From an uncultured Opitutales bacterium (GTDB taxonomy: Bacteria > Verrucomicrobiota > Verrucomicrobiia > Opitutales > UBA2995), in NCBI GenBank assembly GCA_938075565.1, contig CALJGU010000153.1, positions 1,890 through 65,889 on the forward strand: a stretch of 64,000 nt of DNA. The letters are read 5' to 3'. Positions 1 through 7,804 of this stretch are shown in pieces (position 1 is the first letter of the stretch; every line of letters begins with the position of its first letter). Under the pieces are notes generated by a model, which saw only the letters and a list, made by a program, of their open reading frames with translations, searched no databases and was not told the origin of the DNA. A program made the position numbers and the translations under genes.

Positions 1-540
1 GTTGCTTTCGGCGCTCCTTATCCCGGTAAGATTATTCCATTACCTCTAAATGAGTTGGGCGGTGAGTTTCTTTGTCAGAAAGATGCCTTTCTCTGTGCTG
101 CCCAAGGTATTGATATTGATATCGCCTTCACGAAAAAACTCGGAGCTGGGTTATTCGGTGGAGAAGGATTCATTTTGCAGCGCCTTACGGGCGACGGTTT
201 GGCGTTTGTGCATGCTGGCGGGACCGTAATCGAAAAACATTTAGCTCCTGGTGAACGTTTCCGTGTGGATACCGGTTGTCTGGTAGGTATGCAGCCGGGC
301 GTTGATTTCGATATCAAGTTTGTCGGCGGATTTAAAAACGCCTTGTTCGGTGGAGAAGGACTCTTCTTAGCCGAATTGACAGGACCCGGAATGGTTTACC
401 TTCAAAGCCTTCCCTTCTCGCGACTGGCTGACCGAATAATGGCTGCGGCAAGATCAGGTAATCGTGGCGAAAGCAAAGGAGCTGCCGGTCTTGGAGGTGA
501 CATCCTCGGGGGACTGATCAGCGGAGACCGAAAGTTTTAG
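1..540 (+). CDS. TIGR00266/AIM24 family protein (5' truncated by window edge)
   Basis: Frame is open from base 1 ([16 protein letters not shown]...[11 protein letters not shown]...[11 protein letters not shown]...VDTGCLV...[21 protein letters not shown]), the typical AIM24 repeats. Confidence 0.85.
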   Translation, partial: VAFGAPYPGKIIPLPLNELGGEFLCQKDAFLCAAQGIDIDIAFTKKLGAGLFGGEGFILQRLTGDGLAFVHAGGTVIEKHLAPGERFRVDTGCLVGMQPGVDFDIKFVGGFKNALFGGEGLFLAELTGPGMVYLQSLPFSRLADRIMAAARSGNRGESKGAAGLGGDILGGLISGDRKF

Positions 541-585
541 GTTTCTTTGTAAACCCAACTAGGAACAAGCAGCTAATACTGCAGG

Positions 586-993
586 CTATGCAGTTGTGGT
601 ACTGGTCACTGCCTCAACAATCGCGTCTTTCAATTGTTGGATGACATAGGGTTTCTGCAAGATGCAGGAGATTCCCAGATCTTCAGCTTGCTTCTCAGTA
701 AACCCACTGGCGAAGCCCGTGCTGATAATAAAAGGCATGTTGGGTCTGTCTTTTAATACGTTGGATGCCAAATCGATGCCCGTCATCTCAGGCATATTGT
801 AATCACTTATGATTACATCGAAAGCGGAAGGATCGGTTCGCATCATGTCCCAAGCTTCGCGACCATCGGAAGCGACCGATGGGATACAGCCTAACATAGA
901 TAATACATCAGAGCCCATTTCGCGGATGAAAATCTCGTTGTCGACCAGCAGTGCGCGTAGTCCTACGATATCTTTGGATGTGAAAGGGTTCAT
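586..993 (-). CDS. Single-domain response regulator (REC)
   Basis: LLVDNE, IISDYNMPEMTGIDL, IISTG, LQKPY receiver motifs; no output domain. Confidence 0.9.
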   Translation of the reverse strand: MNPFTSKDIVGLRALLVDNEIFIREMGSDVLSMLGCIPSVASDGREAWDMMRTDPSAFDVIISDYNMPEMTGIDLASNVLKDRPNMPFIISTGFASGFTEKQAEDLGISCILQKPYVIQQLKDAIVEAVTSTTTA

Positions 994-1240
994 GGCTCTA
1001 ATTCCTCTATAGTGATGATCTTGAAACGCTCTTTATTCGTATTTCCCGAAATGAGCGTTCTTACACTTCCCACTAAGCCACAAGTTTCTCATAAATTAAG
1101 CACAAAGGTTATACTATGAGCATTTAAGTGTTTCCCCCATGGAATTAGTGAGGTTTATGCCTTATAACAAACCCATGAGATTGGATTTGTTTCAAAAAAT
1201 GTGCCTCAGCTGGGTGCTATGCACCAAGCGACATTCTTTT

Positions 1241-1780
1241 CTAGACCGTGTTGAAGTTCTGCAGAATGACGTAGACCAATATCCCAGTCACCGAAACATA
1301 CATCCAGATTGGGAAGGTCCATTTAGCTATCCGCTTATGCTTTTCATAGAACCTATTGATCGCGAACCACAGGGTCAGGAGGATCAAGGGCACTACGACC
1401 ACCGAAAGCAAAATATGGGAAATTAAGATAAAGAAGTAGATGGGCCGAATGAGCCCCTCAGCGAGAAACTTGGTATCCCCATGATAGTGATGGTAAATGA
1501 TATAGCAGACCAGAAATAGAGCCGAAGACAAAGTGGCGGAAATCATCATACCAATGTGAATGCGCTTCAGCCCTCGCTTGATCGCAACAATCCCGACTCC
1601 TAAGCAACAAGCTGAAACCGCATTTAATCCTGCAAAGATGGTCGGGAGCTTTAGAACCCAATCTCCTTCAGCTTTACCTGGGGTCTTGAAATAAATCAGC
1701 CAGAAGAGGAAAGCGAGGATCGCCGCGCTTATTCCGATGGCCGGTGCAATTGCTTTATTCGACTGGGTTTCGTTCGCCAT
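1241..1780 (-). CDS. DUF420 family membrane protein
   Basis: Four hydrophobic segments with LNAVSACCL, HIGMM, LFLVCYIIYH, YFFILISHILLS, HKRIAKWTFPIWMYVSVTGILVY. Confidence 0.85.
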   Translation of the reverse strand: MANETQSNKAIAPAIGISAAILAFLFWLIYFKTPGKAEGDWVLKLPTIFAGLNAVSACCLGVGIVAIKRGLKRIHIGMMISATLSSALFLVCYIIYHHYHGDTKFLAEGLIRPIYFFILISHILLSVVVVPLILLTLWFAINRFYEKHKRIAKWTFPIWMYVSVTGILVYVILQNFNTV

Positions 1781-1785
1781 AATTA

Positions 1786-3921
1786 CTACTTCAGTGAACT
1801 AAGCACATTATGGATGAGCTTCAACCCCAGGTGCCCTCTTAATGTAAGAATCGACTCCGGGTGAAATTGGACCGCTGCGTAGGGCAGCTCCTTGTGCTGA
1901 ATCGCCATGATGGTTCCGTCTTCCGTTTCGGCCGTTACCTCCAGGCAATCAGGAAGTGCATCCCTGTCTGCATAAATAGAGTGATAGCGACCAGCTCGGA
2001 AGGATTCTGGAAAACCGTCAAAGACTCCGCTCTGGCGATTAGTCACATCGGACGGCTTTCCATGCATGGGATAATCCAGCAATTTCAACTCTCCACCGAA
2101 TGCCTGTACCATCCCTTGCAATCCCAGACAGACTCCGAAGCAAGGAATACCTTTGTCTATGCAGTACTGCACCACCGTGGGCACATTGAACTCCTCCGGT
2201 GTTCCCGGTCCTGGTGAAATGAAAACAAGGTCCGGGTTGAACTCGTCGATCTTCTCGAGCGGGAATCCTGCCCGAATCGTAATCACCTCGGCCTGAGCCT
2301 GACGAAAATAATTTGCTAGGGTATGCACAAAAGAATCCTGGTTATCCACGAAGAAAACACGCGGTCTGAAACCGTCGCGATGAGGCACCTGGAATCCAAG
2401 GTCCTTGGTTCGAGTTTTGCCTGCGAGAACATCTAGAAAGGCTGCTGCCTTGGTTCGACATTCACGCTCTTCTGCTTCAGGACCCGAATCGCAAAGCAAG
2501 GTCGCCCCGACGCGAAACTTTGCCAACCCGTCTTTCAAATGAATGGTTCGAATGGTGATGCCAGTATTCATATCGCCATTGAATCCGATGAACCCAACCG
2601 CACCTCCGTACCATTCACGGGGTGAGTTTTCCAGATCCTCAATCATCTGCATAGCAGCTGGTTTGGGAGCTCCTGTTAAAGTGCAGGCCCACATATGAGA
2701 GAGGAGGGCATCGAACGCATCATAGTCGTCCAGTAACTCACCATCAACATGATCCACGGTATGGAACAAGCGTGAGTAAGCTTCGATGAGTCGGCGCCCC
2801 ACAACTTGGACTGAGCCCGGTTTACAAACGCGGGATTTGTCATTGCGATCAACATCCGTGCACATCGTAAGTTCGGCTTCGTCCTTCTTCGAGGTCATCA
2901 GCTCAAGGATGCGTTCCGCATCTTCGATGGCATCGTTTCCACGGGGAACCGTTCCTGAAATCGGGCAGGTTTCAACTCGACTACCGCGCACTCGAACGAA
3001 CATTTCTGGAGACGCACCTACCAGTTGCTCATTTCCTAAGTTGATAAGAAACTCATAGGGGCTCGGGTTCACCTTGCGAATCTTGTCAAACAGCTCCCGG
3101 GGTGTGTCCAAACAACCTGACGTAAACACCTGACTCAGTACGACCTCAAAGAAGTCACCTTTCTTGGTTCCTTCGATGATCTTATCTACTTTCTCAGCAT
3201 ATTCACCTGGGTCGTTGTCGCTTTCGATTTCCTTGGATTGTCTTTCTGGAAGAGGAAAATGTTTCCCGGTCCTTTCCAATCCTTGGGTATTTTGAGTGCC
3301 CATGTGGAAGTCATAGTTTCTCACCTCAGCGGTTTCCTTGCGGTGATCTACTATAAATAGTTGGTCAGGCAGAAACAGGTGAGCGTCCGCATAGTTGTCC
3401 GGCCGCTCGTGCCTGAGATCAATCGGTTCAAACTGAAAAACCAAGTCGTAGCCAAACGATCCAAAGAAACCGATATACGGATCCTGATCAGATCCGAAGA
3501 AACTCCGGATCGAACGCAGCATGGAGAATAGCCCCGGTTGCTTGCTTCTCTCTTCCTCCGGAAAATACTCCGGCATTGGAACCAGCTCACCGGTAATAGA
3601 TTCAGAACCTGCATTCATTGATTCAATGTAGTCCTGACCTTCTATGGCCTGCTGAATCATGGGAAGAATACATTTGCCCCGTTCATTGAGCGCATTGATC
3701 TCAAACTTTCGGTGTCTTCCTATAATTTCAAGGGGTGGTCGGATGAATCCAATATCCCAACGGCTATACCGACCCGGGTATTCGTAGCCGCTGCAAAACA
3801 GGGCTCCCTGGTTGTGGTCAATGGCATCAAACGCATCGTTCAGCGCCTCAGAATAGGGAGTGGATTCAACCTCGCAAATGACGGTCGCTCCTCCTGGGGT
3901 TCGGTATTCGATCTTAGACAT
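1786..3921 (-). CDS. trpE: Bifunctional anthranilate synthase TrpE(G): component I fused to glutamine amidotransferase
   Basis: SGYEYPGRYSRWD, GDFFEVV, NPSPY, GASPE, CPISGT, TGAPK, WYGG, IRT chorismate-binding motifs, then GATase motifs VDNQDSFVH, SPGPG, GVCLG, HGK, QFHPES. Confidence 0.95.
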   Translation of the reverse strand: MSKIEYRTPGGATVICEVESTPYSEALNDAFDAIDHNQGALFCSGYEYPGRYSRWDIGFIRPPLEIIGRHRKFEINALNERGKCILPMIQQAIEGQDYIESMNAGSESITGELVPMPEYFPEEERSKQPGLFSMLRSIRSFFGSDQDPYIGFFGSFGYDLVFQFEPIDLRHERPDNYADAHLFLPDQLFIVDHRKETAEVRNYDFHMGTQNTQGLERTGKHFPLPERQSKEIESDNDPGEYAEKVDKIIEGTKKGDFFEVVLSQVFTSGCLDTPRELFDKIRKVNPSPYEFLINLGNEQLVGASPEMFVRVRGSRVETCPISGTVPRGNDAIEDAERILELMTSKKDEAELTMCTDVDRNDKSRVCKPGSVQVVGRRLIEAYSRLFHTVDHVDGELLDDYDAFDALLSHMWACTLTGAPKPAAMQMIEDLENSPREWYGGAVGFIGFNGDMNTGITIRTIHLKDGLAKFRVGATLLCDSGPEAEERECRTKAAAFLDVLAGKTRTKDLGFQVPHRDGFRPRVFFVDNQDSFVHTLANYFRQAQAEVITIRAGFPLEKIDEFNPDLVFISPGPGTPEEFNVPTVVQYCIDKGIPCFGVCLGLQGMVQAFGGELKLLDYPMHGKPSDVTNRQSGVFDGFPESFRAGRYHSIYADRDALPDCLEVTAETEDGTIMAIQHKELPYAAVQFHPESILTLRGHLGLKLIHNVLSSLK

Positions 3922-3970
3922 TAGAATTAAAGGGCTGTATGGTTATGGGTGAAATTTGAAATTGGAAAAT

Positions 3971-4001
3971 AAAAAAAGCCGTGGACTTAAGACCACGGCT
4001 T
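3971..4001 (-). terminator. Second (distal) intrinsic terminator of the trp leader
   Basis: mRNA sense AAGCCGUGG-UCUUAAGU-CCACGGCUU followed by a U-tract (UUUUUAUUUU). Confidence 0.85.
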
Positions 4002-4008
4002 GGAAAAT

Positions 4009-4040
4009 AAAAAACGCGGTCCGTGACAAAGGAACCGCGC
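4009..4040 (-). terminator. First (proximal) attenuator terminator of the trp leader
   Basis: mRNA sense CGCGGU-U-CC-UUUGUCAC-GG-ACCGCG followed by UUUUUUAUUUU. Confidence 0.8.
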
Positions 4041-4064
4041 AAAGAATAAGTGTAATGAACGGTC

Positions 4065-4169
4065 CTAATTAATAGACCACCACCAACTTTTGCTCATTGC
4101 GAAGCAGGAAACCACCAGAGCGAAAACCGCTTTGGGTGCTGTGCTGGAATGAATCTGCTGATGTTTCAT
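4065..4169 (-). CDS. trpL: trp attenuator leader peptide, MKHQQIHSSTAPKAVFALVVSCFAMSKSWWWSIN (34 aa; alternative start at 4097 gives MSKSWWWSIN)
   Basis: Translated by hand: GGAGAG Shine-Dalgarno before ATG 4169, TGG TGG TGG at 4085-4077, TAG at 4067-4065; lies directly upstream of terminators and trpE(G). Confidence 0.9.
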   Translation of the reverse strand: MKHQQIHSSTAPKAVFALVVSCFAMSKSWWWSIN

Positions 4170-4419
4170 GCTCTCCGTTTTCCGCCTCTAATACCTGATT
4201 GTCAAGCCCGGAGCTTTCGGTTGTGACCGGTATTCAGTAGAGTAGAACAGGCATCTTGCCTGCATATTTCCTTAAGCAATTGGCTTCGCTGCGACCCTGA
4301 AGGTTTTCCAATTTGTTCGATTACAAGCTCTTATACTCCTTGCGCCTTTTTGCCATTTGTACATTTGCGTTGATTTTATAGCAACAACTTGGCTTAAAGA
4401 ACCAGCTCAATTCTAATAT

Positions 4420-5148
4420 ATGCTCCCCGCGCAACCTAATCGTAGTTTAATGGACGGCATTCGTTGCCTCCAAATTTTGTCGACCAACCCAGGCCCGATC
4501 GGAGCCCGTGAGCTTGCCCGTCGATTGGACATGGAGACCACTCGGGCCCATCGCTTGCTTAAGACCCTCGCCCACATGGGCATGGCCCGGCAGAATCGGA
4601 ACGCTAAATACATGCCAGGTCCTGCCATGCACGTGCTTGCAGCTCAGAGCTTATATGCCTCGGGTCTGATTGGAAATTCGACCAAGCCACTGCGTGAACT
4701 TCATCGCAAGGTGGGCCTCATTACCGCTTTCGGTATGCTCTGGGAACGGAATGTTTATTTTCTCTACCACCTCATGCCCGGCATGTCCGCGGAAGAAGCG
4801 GTAGGACGTATGCGTTTGCAGCCGGCAACCCAATCTGGAATCGGTATGATGATTTTGTCCAAGAAAACTGATGATGAGGTGCGGGAGCTCTACGAGGGCG
4901 TAGATGATATTCCTTCTTATATGGGAGGAGTGGAAATGGTGATCGAGGACCTTCACCGAATCCGCAAATTAGGTTACGCCTTTGTGGAAACCCATTCAGA
5001 TACCGCTGAAGTCTCACTCGCAGCCATGTGCCCAAATAGCCTATACACCAGTGTTGCGGTTGCCGGTTCATTCGATGAATCAAGAATTCCCGAACTCAAA
5101 GCCGGCATCGACCAAGCATTAGAAGAGATCTTTCCGGAAGCACCGTAA
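4420..5148 (+). CDS. IclR family transcriptional regulator
   Basis: N-terminal HTH (NRSLMDGIRCLQIL...ELARRLDMETTRAHRLLKTL...GMARQ) and C-terminal effector domain (TQSGIGMMIL, IRKLGYA). Confidence 0.9.
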   Translation: MLPAQPNRSLMDGIRCLQILSTNPGPIGARELARRLDMETTRAHRLLKTLAHMGMARQNRNAKYMPGPAMHVLAAQSLYASGLIGNSTKPLRELHRKVGLITAFGMLWERNVYFLYHLMPGMSAEEAVGRMRLQPATQSGIGMMILSKKTDDEVRELYEGVDDIPSYMGGVEMVIEDLHRIRKLGYAFVETHSDTAEVSLAAMCPNSLYTSVAVAGSFDESRIPELKAGIDQALEEIFPEAP

Positions 5149-5262
5149 TCAAGAGTGGTCAGTATTAGCGCAAGGTAGGGTCGCATCGCCGAGGCGACCA
5201 ATATCATCCTCCTCTCCATCAGCCCTTGCCCCTCGCCCGGTTTTTCCCTCAATCTTCCAGCC

Positions 5263-5670
5263 ATGGTTGAAATGAATATAGAATACACGGGCGGCTTACG
5301 CGCAGTCGCCACTCACGGTCCCTCAGGGACAGTCATCCAAACGGATGCTCCGACTGATAACATGGGTAAGGGTGAGTCTTTCTCGCCAACAGATCTCTGC
5401 GGAGCGGCACTCGTTTCCTGCATACTGACGACTATCAGCATCAAAGGACTCAAAAAAGGCTGGGAACTAAAAGGCTCCACTGCGAAGGTTCAGAAGATCA
5501 TGTCTGACGATCTCCCTCGTCGCATCTCACAGCTCAATGTCGATATTGAAATCCCCAATCAATTTTCCGATGAGGAAAAGAAGCAGATGCTTCACATTGC
5601 CGATACTTGTCCGGTCCAACAAAGCCTTAATCCGAATATGTTGATGAACATAAACCTCAGTTGGGTTTAG
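5263..5670 (+). CDS. OsmC/YhfA-like family protein
   Basis: TDAPTDNMGKGESFSPTDLCGAALVSC ... ADTCPVQQSL. Confidence 0.9.
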   Translation: MVEMNIEYTGGLRAVATHGPSGTVIQTDAPTDNMGKGESFSPTDLCGAALVSCILTTISIKGLKKGWELKGSTAKVQKIMSDDLPRRISQLNVDIEIPNQFSDEEKKQMLHIADTCPVQQSLNPNMLMNINLSWV

Positions 5671-5689
5671 AAAATCGATACAAATTCAA

Positions 5690-6412
5690 TTACCCGAGAT
5701 TACCAAAAGCGGCCACTTCATCTTCGCCTTTTATCCCAAAGGTTTGTGAATTTTCTTTGTGGTGTAACAGAACCGAGATTTTTTGCGTCTCTGGCGAAAC
5801 CTCCCTCGCGAACTGAATCTGAAGTTCTTTGGGGCGCGTATCCAATTTTTGGTGATGGAGCGCGGTTTGTAGGTATTCCATGTAGACGGTGTTATTGACG
5901 TGTTGGTTGCCGTCGATGTCGCCGTAGCGGAGGCTGATGGATGTTTCCTGTGCGTCAGCCGCTGGTTTGGGTAGTCGGATTTTGTCGAGCTTGTCGAAGT
6001 AGACCTGGTCGGGTCGCGTGAGGAAACTCTCTTCGATTTCTTGTGGTAGGCGGGTAAGAGATATACTCTCCATGTTGATATAGAGCCACAGGGTAGATAC
6101 CTGCCCGATCAGTTCATCGCCCACATATAAACGGAAGTCTCGAAAACCTTTGAAATGCTTCATTCCGGTTGCCCAGGTTTTGATGTGTAGAACTTCGTCG
6201 AACCTTGGATAGCGCTCCAGCTTCATCGCCACCCGGTTGAGAATCCAGGACTCACCTTTATCCTCCATGATCTGGGTCCCAATCTTCGCCTGGTTGGCGT
6301 GGTGAATGGCAGCTTCCTGGAGCAATTTGAAAAGCGAACCCAGTTGAAGCCGATGAGCGTGGTCGACCTGGAAATAACCGACGCGGTGGGTTAGCTCGTA
6401 AATTTCACCCAT
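5690..6412 (-). CDS. Acyl-ACP thioesterase (FatA/B-like double hotdog)
   Basis: LLQEAAIHH, WILNR...YPRFDE..IKTW, LRYGDIDGNQHVNNTVY. Confidence 0.9.
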   Translation of the reverse strand: MGEIYELTHRVGYFQVDHAHRLQLGSLFKLLQEAAIHHANQAKIGTQIMEDKGESWILNRVAMKLERYPRFDEVLHIKTWATGMKHFKGFRDFRLYVGDELIGQVSTLWLYINMESISLTRLPQEIEESFLTRPDQVYFDKLDKIRLPKPAADAQETSISLRYGDIDGNQHVNNTVYMEYLQTALHHQKLDTRPKELQIQFAREVSPETQKISVLLHHKENSQTFGIKGEDEVAAFGNLG

Positions 6413-6415
6413 AAA

Positions 6416-7048
6416 CTATTTTTCCAATAGCGGATCCAGATGCTGCCATACCAAGTTGGCAATGATCGCATGGCCTTTGACGGTGGGATGGATCCCATCG
6501 GCTTGATTGAGATCTTCAACCCCTCCCACGCCTTCCAAGATGAATGGAATGAGGTGAGCTCCCGTAGCTTGAGCCACTTTTTCGAAGGTGTTGCGAAAGG
6601 CTTTTGAATAATCAGGTCCCAAATTGGGAGGGACCTGCATGCCGGCCAAAACCAGTTTGGCCTCCGGGTATTTGTTTTTTACCTTCTCGAAGATGGCAGT
6701 GAGGTTCTTGCGAGTTGATTCTACCGGGTGGCCGCGTAGTCCGTCGTTGGCACCCAGTTCTAGTACAAAAATGTCCACGGGGCGATTAAGCAGCCAATTG
6801 GTCCGGGCGAGCCCTCCTGCAGAAGTATCGCCACTCACTCCGGCGTTCATGACGGTGTAGTCCAAGCCTTCATCGTCGAGCTTCTGCTGAATTAATGCGG
6901 GAAATGCACGATCATCGCCGATTCCATAACCAGCCGTAATGCTATCTCCCATAAACAGAATCGTTTTTGAAGTAGCTGTCAGAGCGGAACTACAAAGTAG
7001 TAACGTAATGAAAATGACGTGCGTTAGACTAAAATTGAAACCTTTCAC
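6416..7048 (-). CDS. tesA: Arylesterase/acyl-CoA thioesterase I (SGNH/GDSL)
   Basis: GDSITAGYG, NAGVSGDTSAGGL, LELGANDGLRG, QADGIHP. Confidence 0.9.
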   Translation of the reverse strand: MKGFNFSLTHVIFITLLLCSSALTATSKTILFMGDSITAGYGIGDDRAFPALIQQKLDDEGLDYTVMNAGVSGDTSAGGLARTNWLLNRPVDIFVLELGANDGLRGHPVESTRKNLTAIFEKVKNKYPEAKLVLAGMQVPPNLGPDYSKAFRNTFEKVAQATGAHLIPFILEGVGGVEDLNQADGIHPTVKGHAIIANLVWQHLDPLLEK

Positions 7049-7126
7049 TTTTGTTTCGGGACAGAGTCATCAAACATAGGTTCACTTTTTATCGTCTTTC
7101 CAGTTAATAAATTCAACGTAGCCCAT

Positions 7127-7804
7127 ATGAGCATCCTTCAGGTCCAAAATGTATATAAAACGTTCACCACTGAAAGTCATGAGGTGCCCGTCTTGCAGGA
7201 TGTAAACCTGAGTATCGAGGCAGAGAGCAAATGTTCCATCCTTGGACCATCAGGAAGCGGGAAAACAACACTCCTGGGATTGTGCGCGGGGCTAGACCGT
7301 TCAACCAGTGGAAGTATCTATCTCAACGACCATGCCTTGCATGAATCGAGCGAAGATGAGCTGGCCCAGATTCGTAACCTGGAGGTGGGCTTTGTATTCC
7401 AGAACTTTCAGCTGATTCCTTCTCTATCCGCGTTGGAGAATGTATTGGTCCCACTCGAACTTCGGGGTGAATCGAGCAAGCAAGCTCGGGCGAAAGAGCT
7501 CCTCTCACGGGTGGGTCTGGGTGATCGATTTGATCATTTTCCGGTTCAGTTATCTGGCGGTGAGCAACAACGGGTGGCGCTGGCACGGGCCTTTATTCAT
7601 CAACCCTCGATTCTTTTTGCTGACGAACCAACAGGCAATCTCGACGGAGATACCAGTGGGCTGGTTGAGGAGCTCTTGTTTGATTTGAATAAAGAGGCAG
7701 GAACGACCCTGGTTCTGGTGACTCACAACCTGGATTTGGCCCGAAAGACCGATCACATTTACCGGATTCATCAAGGAGCTGTGGAGGTATTGGAAAAACT
7801 ATGA
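7127..7804 (+). CDS. ybbA: ABC transporter ATP-binding protein (YbbA/LolD-like)
   Basis: GPSGSGKT, LSGGEQQRVALARA, FADEPTGNLD; divergent from tesA as in E. coli. Confidence 0.85.
   Translation: MSILQVQNVYKTFTTESHEVPVLQDVNLSIEAESKCSILGPSGSGKTTLLGLCAGLDRSTSGSIYLNDHALHESSEDELAQIRNLEVGFVFQNFQLIPSLSALENVLVPLELRGESSKQARAKELLSRVGLGDRFDHFPVQLSGGEQQRVALARAFIHQPSILFADEPTGNLDGDTSGLVEELLFDLNKEAGTTLVLVTHNLDLARKTDHIYRIHQGAVEVLEKL

Noticed and set aside
4170-4205. Sigma70 promoter for trpL from the perfect TTGACA
   Set aside because: No acceptable -10 hexamer at 16-18 nt spacing, so it is not called.
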